This document shows, one piece after another, positions 26,247-35,881 of a stretch of 64,000 bases of DNA. A program made the position numbers and the translations under genes. Source of the DNA: a bacterium (lineage in GTDB: Bacteria; Patescibacteriota; Minisyncoccia; Phycocordibacterales; UBA6899); assembly GCA_021851895.1 (NCBI GenBank), contig JAJZQJ010000002.1, positions 5,046-69,045 of the forward strand. Direction: 5' to 3'. Numbering within the stretch: the stretch's first letter is position 1; every line of letters begins with the position of its first letter. Under the pieces are notes generated by a model, which was not told the DNA's origin, did no database searches, and saw only the letters and a list, made by a program, of their open reading frames with translations.

Positions 26247-29200
26247 AGTCCATTTTGATGAAGCGCGTCAGGTACAGTTGCCCGCAGTAGAGTTGCTCAT
26301 AAGCCTTGGTTATGAGTATATTTCGGTGAGCGAGGCGCTGCGTGAGCGTGGGGGAGATGAACGTAACGTAATACTGCGTGATATCGCGCGTGCGAAGTTA
26401 ATGGAAATTAATAGCTATGAGCTCGATGGTGAAAAGATGCAATTCACTCCTCGCGATGTGAATGAGGCTATTGATGAGCTCGAAAACCTTCCATTTGAGG
26501 GACTTCAGAAGACCGCACAAAACATTTACCGCATGATCATGCCGACGAGTGGCGGGAAGACTGTCGAGGTGCGTAAGGGAGACTCGAAAAACTTTCGTTT
26601 CATCGATTTTGCGGAACCCCATAATAATGCTTTTCATGTGACGGTAGAATATACCGTCGTTGGTAAAGAAGAGATCCGCCCGGATATCGTTTGTTTTGTG
26701 AATGGTTTTCCTATTGCGGTTATCGAAAGCAAGAAGCATACGGTATCGGTGGAAGAAGCACTAGAGCAGATGGTGCGCAATCAAGGCGTCGAATATGCTC
26801 CAAAACTATATACCTTTGCACAGATACTTGTGGGCTCAAATGGTACTGATTTCCGCTATGGTACAACCGGCACTGGCGAGAAATTTTATGCAGTCTGGAA
26901 AGAAAAGCCTAGAGAGAAAGGAGAGGCGGATCTTGAGCGACTTGATGCGCGCGTAAAGGAATTAATTGCTCAGCCGATTGCCGTAGGTGTGTATCAAGAA
27001 TTGCTCAATGACTTGAGCCGAGGCCAATCACATCATGAGCAACTTTGCGATCGCCCTATTACTGCGCAAGATCGCAGTATCGTCGCACTCTTTACGCCAG
27101 AGCGCTTACTTGATCTCACAAAGCACTTTGTGATTTTCGATGCAATGGAGAAGAAGATTGCACGCTATCAGCAGTATTTTGCTATTGAGAAGATGCGTCG
27201 CCGTGTGATGGAGAAGGAGGCCGCACCTGAGGGCGGCGAGCGTCGCCGTGGCGGTATCGTCTGGCATACACAAGGGTCTGGAAAGTCGCTGACGATGGTG
27301 CTCTTCGTGAAGGCGCTTATAGAGGATGAGCATATTAAGAATCCTCGTGTCATTATTGTTACCGACCGCAGAGATCTTGATAGGCAAATCAAGGGAACGT
27401 TTGAGAATTGTGGACTCAAGAAGGACGTCGTCCAGGCAAAGACGGGACAGCACCTGCTTGATCTTATTCAAGAGAAGAATCTTGGAGTCATCACCACTCT
27501 CGTGCAAAAGTTTGAGAGCGTCGCGAAGAAGCGTGAAGATTTTGTTGACCCCGATGAGAACATCTTTGTGCTCATCGATGAGGCGCATCGTACCCACGGC
27601 GGTATGGCGAGCCTTGAGATGTCCCGCACAATACCGAATGCTTGCTATATTGCCTTTACGGGTACGCCACTCATGCGCGAGGAGAAGGAGAGCTGGAGGC
27701 GTTTTGGGGCATATATTGACAAATATACCATTGATGACGCCGTGCTCGATGGTAATGTGCTCCCACTGATCTATGAGGGACGCTTTGTGCCGCTTGTGCA
27801 GAATGCAAAGAAGATTGATGAGCTTGTTGATCGTGTAAAAGAGCGTGCAATACACAAATACCAGTCCAATGGTGAAGAAGATAAACGCGAAGAGGAGTCG
27901 GTAAATCGCGAAGCGTTGGTCAATAATCCACAGCGCCTCCGTGAAATAGTCCATGATATTGAATCGCATTATAAGATGGAGCTGCAGGGGACAGGACTTA
28001 AGGCGCAAGTTGTTGCTCCCAGCAAATTTGCGGCAGTAAAAATGCAACAAATGTTTCTCGAGAGCGGGTTGGTGAAGTCTGCGGTCGTTGTCTCAGATGA
28101 GTCGGGGATTGTTCATGAGGATGACTACCGAAGGCAGGAAGTTGTCGATTTCTTGGATAAGATAAAAGATACTCATTCGAGTATTGAAGAATATGAGAAA
28201 GAAGTGATTCGCGACTTCAAGGATAATGCAGATGGTGTCGAAGTGCTTATCGTTGTCCATAAGCTCCTCACGGGTTTTGATGCCCCAAGAAATACCGTGC
28301 TTTACCTCGCAAAGAGTTTGAGGGACCATGACTTACTTCAAGCAATTGCTCGTGTGAACAGGCTTTGCGATAAGGGCAAGAAGCAGAAAACATCAGGGTA
28401 TATTATTGATTATTCCGAGAATGCACAACACCTCAAGAGTGCGATGCAGCTCTTTGGGAACTACGAGGAGGACGATGTGCACGGCACGCTTGTGGACGTG
28501 GGAGAGAAGATGCAGGAACTGGCACAAGCATATGCGGCCATACATGATATTTTTCGTGGCGTGCATGGGGCGAAGACGGTAGAACCGTTCATGGAGGTGC
28601 TCAAGGCAGAGGATACACGCGTGGAATTTAATGCCGCAGTAAATACATACACAAAGCTCTTCAGTGAATGTCTTGCGTTGAAGGATTTCAATGAGAACTT
28701 CAAAGATATTGATCTGTATAAGCGAGAGCTCAGAAAGTTCGTCGAATTAAGAAAGCTTTCGCGGTTCAGATACGGCGAGCGAACGGACTTTAATGAGTAC
28801 AAATTTGCGTTGATGCGTATCCTTGATCAGTATGTTGATACCGAAGGAGGCGTGGAGCGTCTTACTGAAAAGATTGATGTTCGCGATATTGCTCAGGTGC
28901 GTAAGGCTGTTGAAGAGATCGTAGATAGCAAGGAGAAGGCTGAGGCGATTGCGACACAGGTGAATAAGACTATTCACGACCGTGAGGCTGAGGATCCTGT
29001 CTACTATAAGTCACTCTCGGAACGAGTTGAGGAAATTATACGAGCGATGCGAGAGGGGAGAATGCAAGACCTCGTTGCCCTTGAAGGGCTCGAAGAATTG
29101 CTCATTGCCGCAAATGAGAAGAAGCAGGCCTCAGTACCAAGTCAGATTGAAGCTGAACATGGAGCAGATCTATTTTATCGAAATTTACTTCCACATTTTG

Positions 29201-29454
29201 AGCGTTTTCATCTTATCTCAGATCAAGAGGTGATGCTTTCATTGAGTGTCTTTAAGATTATTAAAGAATTTGCAATAGTCGATTTTGAGCATAACGTCGA
29301 TGTACAGCGCCGCATGCGTAGTGCGCTTGATGACTACTTGTATGATGGTTTCCCTTCCGAGTGGAATGTTTCGCTATCTTCGAGAGAAAGGGGAGACATA
29401 GTTGCCGCAATGGTTGAACTCGCAAAACACAATCATGAGCTCTTTAGTGCATAA
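26236..29454 (+). CDS. hsdR: type I R-M restriction subunit (helicase/endonuclease)
   Basis: About 1072 aa. N-terminal nuclease region, SF2 helicase motifs (GSGKSLTM Walker A; DEAH: LIDEAHRTHGG; motif VI QAIARVNR). The ATG at 26236 overlaps the hsdS stop. Confidence 0.9.
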   Translation: MLNKVHFDEARQVQLPAVELLISLGYEYISVSEALRERGGDERNVILRDIARAKLMEINSYELDGEKMQFTPRDVNEAIDELENLPFEGLQKTAQNIYRMIMPTSGGKTVEVRKGDSKNFRFIDFAEPHNNAFHVTVEYTVVGKEEIRPDIVCFVNGFPIAVIESKKHTVSVEEALEQMVRNQGVEYAPKLYTFAQILVGSNGTDFRYGTTGTGEKFYAVWKEKPREKGEADLERLDARVKELIAQPIAVGVYQELLNDLSRGQSHHEQLCDRPITAQDRSIVALFTPERLLDLTKHFVIFDAMEKKIARYQQYFAIEKMRRRVMEKEAAPEGGERRRGGIVWHTQGSGKSLTMVLFVKALIEDEHIKNPRVIIVTDRRDLDRQIKGTFENCGLKKDVVQAKTGQHLLDLIQEKNLGVITTLVQKFESVAKKREDFVDPDENIFVLIDEAHRTHGGMASLEMSRTIPNACYIAFTGTPLMREEKESWRRFGAYIDKYTIDDAVLDGNVLPLIYEGRFVPLVQNAKKIDELVDRVKERAIHKYQSNGEEDKREEESVNREALVNNPQRLREIVHDIESHYKMELQGTGLKAQVVAPSKFAAVKMQQMFLESGLVKSAVVVSDESGIVHEDDYRRQEVVDFLDKIKDTHSSIEEYEKEVIRDFKDNADGVEVLIVVHKLLTGFDAPRNTVLYLAKSLRDHDLLQAIARVNRLCDKGKKQKTSGYIIDYSENAQHLKSAMQLFGNYEEDDVHGTLVDVGEKMQELAQAYAAIHDIFRGVHGAKTVEPFMEVLKAEDTRVEFNAAVNTYTKLFSECLALKDFNENFKDIDLYKRELRKFVELRKLSRFRYGERTDFNEYKFALMRILDQYVDTEGGVERLTEKIDVRDIAQVRKAVEEIVDSKEKAEAIATQVNKTIHDREAEDPVYYKSLSERVEEIIRAMREGRMQDLVALEGLEELLIAANEKKQASVPSQIEAEHGADLFYRNLLPHFERFHLISDQEVMLSLSVFKIIKEFAIVDFEHNVDVQRRMRSALDDYLYDGFPSEWNVSLSSRERGDIVAAMVELAKHNHELFSA

Positions 29455-30169
29455 ACAAAACATACGACATAAAGGTGAAGTCTTTGAGTACCAAGTGTGG
29501 CGTTCTGGTCGTAAAACTCTCGCCCTCACGGTAACTCCTGCCATGGAGCTTATTGTGCGTTCTCCTTTTGAAAAGAGCCTAGAGGAGATTGAGAATTTTC
29601 TCATGCGTAAAATACAATGGGTTCGAAAGCAGCTCGCATTCTTCGGCACACAGGAGCCTGCTCAGGTTGAACGTCGATATATTTCCGGGGAAGCGCATTA
29701 TTATCTTGGGAGGCAGTATATGCTCGAAGTTGCTGAAAGTCATCGAGAATATGTAAGTGTTTCTCGTGAGCGTATTATGCTTTATCGTAGGTCCGAGAAT
29801 TCTCGTGATTTGATGGGAGCAAAGCAATTATTTCTGAAGTGGCAGAGTGAGATGGTTGCGAAACATCTTAATGAGCGATATCGTGCAATGTCACGACTCT
29901 TTGATTATAAGGACATACCAACTATGGAGATCAAAGCCATGGAAAAGCGTTGGGGGAGTTACCGTGTGAAGACAAAATCAATCGCGCTTAATGCAAAGCT
30001 GATCCATGCTCCACTCGATGCCATTGATTATGTTATCGTGCATGAACTTTGTCATCACGAGCATCATGATCATGGTAAGGAGTTTTATAAGCTTCTAAGT
30101 AGAAAGATGCCAAACTGGCAGGTTGAAAAGAAGAAACTTGAGCGATACGGCGCTCTTGTGTGCGGATGA
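29435..30169 (+). CDS. DUF45/YgjP-like zinc metallohydrolase (WLM/SprT-like), overlapping the hsdR 3' end
   Basis: HELCHHEHHDHGKEFY motif (HEXXH...H). This family is commonly encoded next to hsdR. The ATG at 29435 lies 20 nt inside hsdR. Confidence 0.7.
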   Translation: MSSLVHKQNIRHKGEVFEYQVWRSGRKTLALTVTPAMELIVRSPFEKSLEEIENFLMRKIQWVRKQLAFFGTQEPAQVERRYISGEAHYYLGRQYMLEVAESHREYVSVSRERIMLYRRSENSRDLMGAKQLFLKWQSEMVAKHLNERYRAMSRLFDYKDIPTMEIKAMEKRWGSYRVKTKSIALNAKLIHAPLDAIDYVIVHELCHHEHHDHGKEFYKLLSRKMPNWQVEKKKLERYGALVCG

Positions 30170-30171
30170 GT

Positions 30172-30196
30172 AAAAATGGGGTCATGCCCCATTTTT
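30172..30196. repeat. REP-like palindrome AAAAATGGGG-TCATG-CCCCATTTTT (also acts as a terminator)
   Basis: Same family as the hairpins flanking the RAYT gene at 35882 and 36665. Confidence 0.55.
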
Positions 30197-30257
30197 CTTG
30201 CAACTCATTTGCATCTCCATGGTATAATACCCATATTCTTGTCTCTTCTGCCCTGTT

Positions 30258-30938
30258 ATGAAACTCTCGAAATCTTCACATTTCCGGCCACTTGGGGAGG
30301 ACCGTTCACTGCATCAGCATCAACGGCAAATGCTCCATATGCTCGCTGCTATCGAGGCGTCGCGCGCTGAGCTTTCGCGACTTCGCGCGGAATTGCGGAA
30401 GGTGGGAGAGGAGTCAGTGCGCGATCCGCTTACTAATCTACTCAATACGCGTGGTCTCGAGCGTGCTTGGGAGCGTTTTGCGTCCGCATTCACTCGTGGT
30501 CACTATAGGGAGGTCGCGATCGCTTTCATCGATCTCAATGGTTTCAAGTTCGTGAATGATTATGCGGGACATGATGTTGGTGACGGTCTTTTGCGTGCGT
30601 TTGGTGTGCGGCTCTCTGAAACATTACGCCCGACCGATATCGTTGCTCGTGTTGGTGGGGATGAGTTCGTACTCGTGCTCCCTGGTGTTGGAGAGGGCGG
30701 TGCTCGAGCGCTCGTCGATCGCATTCGTATGCGCTCTGCAGATCTTTATATGGATCACCCGGATTGTATACGTGTCGCGAAAGCGAGCGGTGCTGGTAGA
30801 GTGCTCGACTTCTCTTCGGGAGCTATCGATGTCCGACATCCTGATACACTTCCGCCGCTCTCGCATCTACTTAAAGCGGCGGAGGGACGTGTTGAGAAAT
30901 TCAATGCGCGTCGCCAGCTTTTCGATGTGCATGCATAG
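30258..30938 (+). CDS. GGDEF-domain diguanylate cyclase (short coiled-coil N-terminus), GC-rich
   Basis: DPLTNLLNTRG, IDLNGFKFVNDYAGHDVGD and RVGGDEFVLVL (GGDEF motif). Confidence 0.8.
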   Translation: MKLSKSSHFRPLGEDRSLHQHQRQMLHMLAAIEASRAELSRLRAELRKVGEESVRDPLTNLLNTRGLERAWERFASAFTRGHYREVAIAFIDLNGFKFVNDYAGHDVGDGLLRAFGVRLSETLRPTDIVARVGGDEFVLVLPGVGEGGARALVDRIRMRSADLYMDHPDCIRVAKASGAGRVLDFSSGAIDVRHPDTLPPLSHLLKAAEGRVEKFNARRQLFDVHA

Positions 30939-30991
30939 ATAAAAGAAAAACTCCTCAGTGGAGTTTTTTCATTTCAACGAATAAGTTTTCG

Positions 30992-31294
30992 TTAGAAGAT
31001 CTTGATGAGTACGATGAGTGTTGTGGTGATGATAGCGAAGCCAAATATCGTCTTCCCGAGAAAAGTGAATGCTGACTGCTTTTCTCCATCGAGATAGAGC
31101 ATGATCGGTTTGCCGAAAAAGAGGTATCCCATGACTGCCGCAGAGAGTGTGACGAGTGAGAGTGCGGCGATGGAATCAAGGAAGGTGTCGCGAGTATTCT
31201 GTTTTCCGATCGTATGGATCACGGTAGCAACCGTGATGATATAGGCTTCGGCGAAAAGGCTATTGATATAGGGATTATGGGATAGTTTTTGCAT
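30992..31294 (-). CDS. small hypothetical membrane protein
   Basis: 100 aa with 3 hydrophobic helices. Confidence 0.4.
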   Translation of the reverse strand: MQKLSHNPYINSLFAEAYIITVATVIHTIGKQNTRDTFLDSIAALSLVTLSAAVMGYLFFGKPIMLYLDGEKQSAFTFLGKTIFGFAIITTTLIVLIKIF

Positions 31295-31389
31295 AAGCGT
31301 TGTTTCATTATGGAGAACACTGCCAAAGTAGAAAAGTCACTGTTTGCCTGGTACCGGCATACTGATAGAATAGAGTAAACAAATAGCCT

Positions 31390-31953
31390 ATGTCTTCTAA
31401 GAAACTTACAAAAACACAAAGTGAGGCGCTGCTCACTGTATTACACGCGCGTTTTGAGAAGCACTCAAAGCGACATAAAACAATAAAGTGGGCTGCGGTC
31501 GAGGCGCGACTCCGCGCGCACGGAGAAAAATTGTGGTCGCTTAGTGAGATGGAGCGTACTGAAGGTGAGCCTGATGTCGTTGGCTTTGATAAAAAGTCCG
31601 GCGCATACGTATTTATGGACTGTGCTCCAGAGAGTCCGAAGGGGAGGAGGGGTGCGTGTTACGATCGCGAAGGACAAAAGTTGCGAGAAAAAGATGGCTT
31701 ACACCCCGGCAGTGCGATGGATATGGCAAAGCTGATGGGTATCGAGATGCTTTCCGAGGAAGAGTATCGTACCTTGCAGGCACTGGAGGCATTCGATCAA
31801 AAGACATCGAGTTGGGTCCGCACACCTGAAGCGATTCGTAAGAAAGGGGGAGCACTTTTCTGTGATCGTCGCTATGATCATGTATTTCTCTATCATAATG
31901 GTGCTGAGTCGTTTTATTCCGCAAGAGGATTCCGCGGAGTACTGCACGTATAA
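31390..31953 (+). CDS. conserved hypothetical protein (DUF4256-like, assigned from memory)
   Basis: 187 aa, soluble and conserved-looking (GEPDVVG...GAYVFMDC..ESPKGRR..CYDRE). Followed by a terminator hairpin at 31953-31975. Confidence 0.4.
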   Translation: MSSKKLTKTQSEALLTVLHARFEKHSKRHKTIKWAAVEARLRAHGEKLWSLSEMERTEGEPDVVGFDKKSGAYVFMDCAPESPKGRRGACYDREGQKLREKDGLHPGSAMDMAKLMGIEMLSEEEYRTLQALEAFDQKTSSWVRTPEAIRKKGGALFCDRRYDHVFLYHNGAESFYSARGFRGVLHV

Positions 31954-31975
31954 AAACAGGCAATGCCTGTTTTTG
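31953..31975 (+). terminator. intrinsic terminator AAAAACAGGCA-ATGCCTGTTTTT
   Basis: Perfect palindrome with A/T runs. Confidence 0.6.
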
Positions 31976-32011
31976 TTTGTACTTTGGTTTTGAATTGTTT
32001 ACAATGTTCTT

Positions 32012-32611
32012 ATGAAGAAGATTCTTGTTATCAAGGGCCACCCAAGAGATATCTGTTTTTGCAATCAGCTCGTTGATCAGTATATCGAAGGTGCGAAGAA
32101 AGAGTATGCGGAAGTGAAGGTGCTTAACATTCATGAATTGCAGCTCGAGCCGTGGCTCAAGTATGACTGGGACCGCAATCACGATTCGATACCATTCTCT
32201 GATGATTTGAAGCAGGCGCAAGAGCTCATTAAGTGGAGCGACCATATCATGATCGCCTATCCGACGTATTGGGCGGGACCACCAGCGATCGTAAAATTGT
32301 TCATTGAGGTCATTGTTACTTCTGGTTTCGCTTTCAAATACTATCAACCATTGTGGGGGATCATTCCACGCTGGCATCGACTTCTTAAGGGTCGTACGGC
32401 GACGATCATCTCGACGATGGATGCGCCGCCCATATTCATGAACGTCGTTGATCGCGACCCGGGCGGTAAGATGATGTTCGATGTGCTCAGTTTCGTTGGC
32501 ATAAAGCTGAAGCATAAATACTATTTCGGTTCCGTCATCCTTAGAGTCAAGAAGATGCATGATGTGTGGCTCAAGAAGGCATTCCGCGCAGGAGAGAATG
32601 ACGCACGATAA
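32012..32611 (+). CDS. NAD(P)H-dependent oxidoreductase, flavodoxin-like fold (quinone reductase family)
   Basis: MKKILVIKGHPR... N-terminus is typical. TACAAT -10 sits 6 nt upstream of the ATG. Confidence 0.65.
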   Translation: MKKILVIKGHPRDICFCNQLVDQYIEGAKKEYAEVKVLNIHELQLEPWLKYDWDRNHDSIPFSDDLKQAQELIKWSDHIMIAYPTYWAGPPAIVKLFIEVIVTSGFAFKYYQPLWGIIPRWHRLLKGRTATIISTMDAPPIFMNVVDRDPGGKMMFDVLSFVGIKLKHKYYFGSVILRVKKMHDVWLKKAFRAGENDAR

Positions 32612-32676
32612 AACGAGGCATATCCTCGTTTTTTCATATACTGTCATTATAGTTACTCCGGGTGTATAATTACATT

Positions 32677-32913
32677 ATGGATACTTCATTAAGTTTTGCG
32701 CTCCCTGTGTGGGTACAGGCGCATCAGTCATTATCATTCGTGGCGATCATTTGGAGTATGTTCTGGGCAGGGCTCGCGCTTTGGCATACTGCGAAGAGAG
32801 GGAAGGTTGGTTGGTTCCTCGTCTTCATGCTCGTGCATACATTGGGTTTGCTCGAGATCATCTATCTCTTCGGCGTGCTCAGATTGAAATTTGCCGATCT
32901 TTTTAAGAAATAA
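32677..32913 (+). CDS. small hypothetical membrane protein (2 TM)
   Basis: ATG 32677 lies 6 nt downstream of TGTATAAT. 78 aa. Confidence 0.4.
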   Translation: MDTSLSFALPVWVQAHQSLSFVAIIWSMFWAGLALWHTAKRGKVGWFLVFMLVHTLGLLEIIYLFGVLRLKFADLFKK

Positions 32914-33008
32914 AAACGGGAAATGGCCCGTTTTTTGATTTTTGAAAGACCATACATCTCGTGACTTACATAGATGCGATTTGTGCTCAATTATGTTATA
33001 CATAGCAC

Positions 33009-34166
33009 ATGATGAAAGTTGCATTCATTCATAATGAGAAGAAGATCGGAACCGGAGCTCATTACATCAACGATCTCATGGCACTTCGCCTTAAGGAGGC
33101 TGGTGTTGATCTGAAAAACTTCTACCCATCAGTCTCGCTCGATGGCCCGGTCCATATGGGTGGCTTAAGGAATATCCTCTTTTTCTACTCCTTGCTCGAG
33201 AAGCGACAGAAGATACTCAAATATGATCTCATTCAGGGGACGACATACACGCCGCTCCCGTTTCTTTCCTTTCCTATTCCTGTCATCTCCCATTTTGGGT
33301 CAACGACGAAGGGATTTTTAGATGCGACGCCGCTTGCGAGCAAGATGAAGGAAGATACGAAGGACATCTGGTACCGACTCAAGAAGGATGGAGCTATTAA
33401 AGAGCTTAACCTCATGACGCGCCGACCGCTTCGTGATATTGCGGAAATCGAGGAATATGTCGCTAAGCGTGCTGATGCGGTCGTTGCAACTTCGCAGAAT
33501 GTGAAAAATGAACTGCTTGCAATGGGTGTCAAAGAAGAGCGGGTTCATCTCATTCATAATGCAATAGAGGACTATTGGTTTGAGGCGGCGGATCTGCCGA
33601 TGACTGATGCGCCACAAATCGTCTTTCTTGGTCGTCTTGGTGGAGATGCATTCAATTTGAAGTTGAAGGGTCTCGATCGTTTGATCGATGCCTATCAGCA
33701 CTTCAAAGATATCGGAAAGACGACGATATGCATGACGACGAATAAGCCACTCGTGAATTGGTTTTTGACACACCTCTCCAGCCATTCACTTTTCGTGAAT
33801 GTACAGAAGGACAAGATACCCGATATCGTGAGGAAGATGCGGGGGAGCATCCTCTTTATCACTTCTCGTTATGAAGGATTCTCGTTGAGTCTTATCGAAG
33901 GTATGTCGCAGGGGCTTGTGCCCGTAGCGTACCCAGTCGGTGTGGTTCCAGAGATCATACGGAACGGCGAGAATGGTTTCATTGTTCATTCGCAGAAAGA
34001 GGCCATTGAGAAGATCACTCTTTTGCTCCGCGATAAGGAATTGCGTGAGCGTTGTTCGCGGGAGGCGGAAAAGACCTCAAAAGAATTCAAAGGAGTGTTC
34101 ATTGCTGAGAAGTTGATGAAATTATATGAGGAGGTCGTGCATTCGAGTAAGAAGAAGGAACAATAA
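33009..34166 (+). CDS. glycosyltransferase family 4 (GT-B fold)
   Basis: C-terminal ITSRYEGFSLSLIEGMSQGLVPVA...GENGFIV motif typical of GT4. Confidence 0.8.
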   Translation: MMKVAFIHNEKKIGTGAHYINDLMALRLKEAGVDLKNFYPSVSLDGPVHMGGLRNILFFYSLLEKRQKILKYDLIQGTTYTPLPFLSFPIPVISHFGSTTKGFLDATPLASKMKEDTKDIWYRLKKDGAIKELNLMTRRPLRDIAEIEEYVAKRADAVVATSQNVKNELLAMGVKEERVHLIHNAIEDYWFEAADLPMTDAPQIVFLGRLGGDAFNLKLKGLDRLIDAYQHFKDIGKTTICMTTNKPLVNWFLTHLSSHSLFVNVQKDKIPDIVRKMRGSILFITSRYEGFSLSLIEGMSQGLVPVAYPVGVVPEIIRNGENGFIVHSQKEAIEKITLLLRDKELRERCSREAEKTSKEFKGVFIAEKLMKLYEEVVHSSKKKEQ

Positions 34167-34255
34167 AACGGGGGAGCGCCCCGTTTTTTCATGTTTGCAT
34201 TATGGAGATTTCGGCGTAATATGCCCTAAAGGTATGTACATCATAAGGAGGTGCT

Positions 34256-35032
34256 ATGCACCCGCTGCGGCCCTACATCGGAATCACTGATTTCATGAAT
34301 GCGAAGCAAGTGGAGCTCATGCGCAAAGTATTTCTCAAGCATGCACCCGCGCATTCTGCGCGCGTACTCCACGTTGGCGTAATGATGAGCTATAAGACGC
34401 TCAACGATATCGAGACCAAGTGGTCGAAGGCTTTTCCTGATAAGGAATCGATCATCGATATCTTCTGGTCCGACGATGTCTTCAACTGCTTGCACTACGC
34501 TGACTACGATCACGCAAATGATTTCGCGCTCGATCTTGCGACTGCGATCGCTTATGGAGGAAGCCACCTGCACGGATTGCAGCTCGATATGGTATGGCCG
34601 AACCCGAGCGATATTTTTCAGGCGATACAGTTTTCGGGTGTGGCCCCTGAGATCATCTTGCAGGTAGGAAAGAATGCAATCGAGGCAGCAGGTAATGATC
34701 CTAAACAGGTCGTTGACCGACTTGGGGATTATCATGGCCTCGTTCACCGCGTACTTCTCGACAAGAGCATGGGGAAGGGGCTCGGCATGGATGCAGAGGG
34801 CCTGCTTCCTTTCGCTCGCGCGATTCGTGAAGCATTCCCGGACATGGGGATCGGCGCAGCTGGCGGCCTCGGGCCAATGACGATGGACCTCGTCACTCCG
34901 CTCCTTGCGGAGTTCTCCGATCTTTCCATCGACGCCCAGGGACGTCTGCGTCCAAGTGGTAATGCCCTCGATCCGATCGATTGGGGTATGGCGGGGGAAT
35001 ACCTCCGCAAGGCGATCGAAATGACGCGATGA
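34256..35032 (+). CDS. hypothetical protein (GC-rich gene; possible alpha/beta-barrel enzyme)
   Basis: 258 aa. AAGGAGG RBS 5 nt upstream. Balanced composition, whereas the antisense 264-aa ORF is R/S-rich. Confidence 0.45.
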   Translation: MHPLRPYIGITDFMNAKQVELMRKVFLKHAPAHSARVLHVGVMMSYKTLNDIETKWSKAFPDKESIIDIFWSDDVFNCLHYADYDHANDFALDLATAIAYGGSHLHGLQLDMVWPNPSDIFQAIQFSGVAPEIILQVGKNAIEAAGNDPKQVVDRLGDYHGLVHRVLLDKSMGKGLGMDAEGLLPFARAIREAFPDMGIGAAGGLGPMTMDLVTPLLAEFSDLSIDAQGRLRPSGNALDPIDWGMAGEYLRKAIEMTR

Positions 35033-35118
35033 CATGATAACGGGGCAGTGCCCCGTTTTTGCTTGCTCTCTGCATTTTACTCCTGTACTATCACCTTAGA
35101 GTATTTGAAGGAGCTACT

Positions 35119-35448
35119 ATGCGAGCGCGGAAGACGATTCCTGTCAGCAAGATCCCTGATACCATCCGAACGCTGCTTGACAGTGAGTTCGGTATGCTCG
35201 AATTGAGCAGTGAACGCTCCGTGCACCGATTGCATGATGAACAAGATGGGACAGGGCAGGGCGAACTGCACGTCTCCTTTCTCCCGAATGGAGACATGGT
35301 CGTCTCTATTACGGGGGATGAAGAGCAGGTTTCACCCGCGCTACGCTTTCGTACTTATGAGGGCGGGGGACACTCGCTGCGCACACGCAACGCACTGTTC
35401 ATCCTCCTTGAGGCGATTCGTCTCGACAATCTCTATAACCCTATTTGA
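35119..35448 (+). CDS. hypothetical protein
   Basis: 109 aa from MRARKT... GAAGGAG RBS 6 nt upstream. Confidence 0.4.
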   Translation: MRARKTIPVSKIPDTIRTLLDSEFGMLELSSERSVHRLHDEQDGTGQGELHVSFLPNGDMVVSITGDEEQVSPALRFRTYEGGGHSLRTRNALFILLEAIRLDNLYNPI

Positions 35449-35466
35449 TGCACAACACCCCTTCGG

Positions 35467-35874
35467 GTGTTTTTGTTTTTGGTGTACACTATACTCATGG
35501 AAACCATAATGAAAGGAGCACAAGTGCAATCAGAGCGAGCGCTCCAGTATTTTGAACTTCCTATTTATCCATTGCGCGCTCCCGATCATGCGAAGTACAT
35601 CATCGCGCAAAATGAGAAAGGAGAAGAGTATCTGATCGCTGTTTCCTTGCGAGATTATCCGAATGATCTCTATCATGACGATATCTTGCGCGAGGCACGT
35701 CTTGTCTTGGGTAAGACCCTGCGCTGTATTGGTGGTGGACGATTAAAGCCAGGAGAGCATGGCGAATGGTTCGTTACAGGGAAAAGTACGGTCTTCGGAG
35801 AAGATCTCGACAAAGAACGCACCGCTGCAACATTTACGCAGCATTTCAAGGGCACACGGTTCATCGTCGGATGA
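35467..35874 (+). CDS. hypothetical protein
   Basis: 135-aa ORF. The probable start is an internal Met (METIMKGAQ...). Confidence 0.35.
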   Translation: MFLFLVYTILMETIMKGAQVQSERALQYFELPIYPLRAPDHAKYIIAQNEKGEEYLIAVSLRDYPNDLYHDDILREARLVLGKTLRCIGGGRLKPGEHGEWFVTGKSTVFGEDLDKERTAATFTQHFKGTRFIVG

Positions 35875-35881
35875 GTATATG

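Noticed and set aside
27106-28050. 314-aa ORF antisense inside hsdR
   Set aside because: It lies entirely within the well-supported hsdR helicase region. Its composition is low-complexity (L/I/K/C-rich) and it has no start context.
31613-32647. 344-aa ORF on the minus strand
   Set aside because: It spans two well-supported plus-strand genes and the terminator hairpin between them (31953-31975). There are no motifs.
34241-35035. 264-aa ORF on the minus strand
   Set aside because: Mirror of the plus-strand gene 34256-35032, which has an AGGAGG RBS and normal composition. The minus-strand translation is R/S/C-rich.
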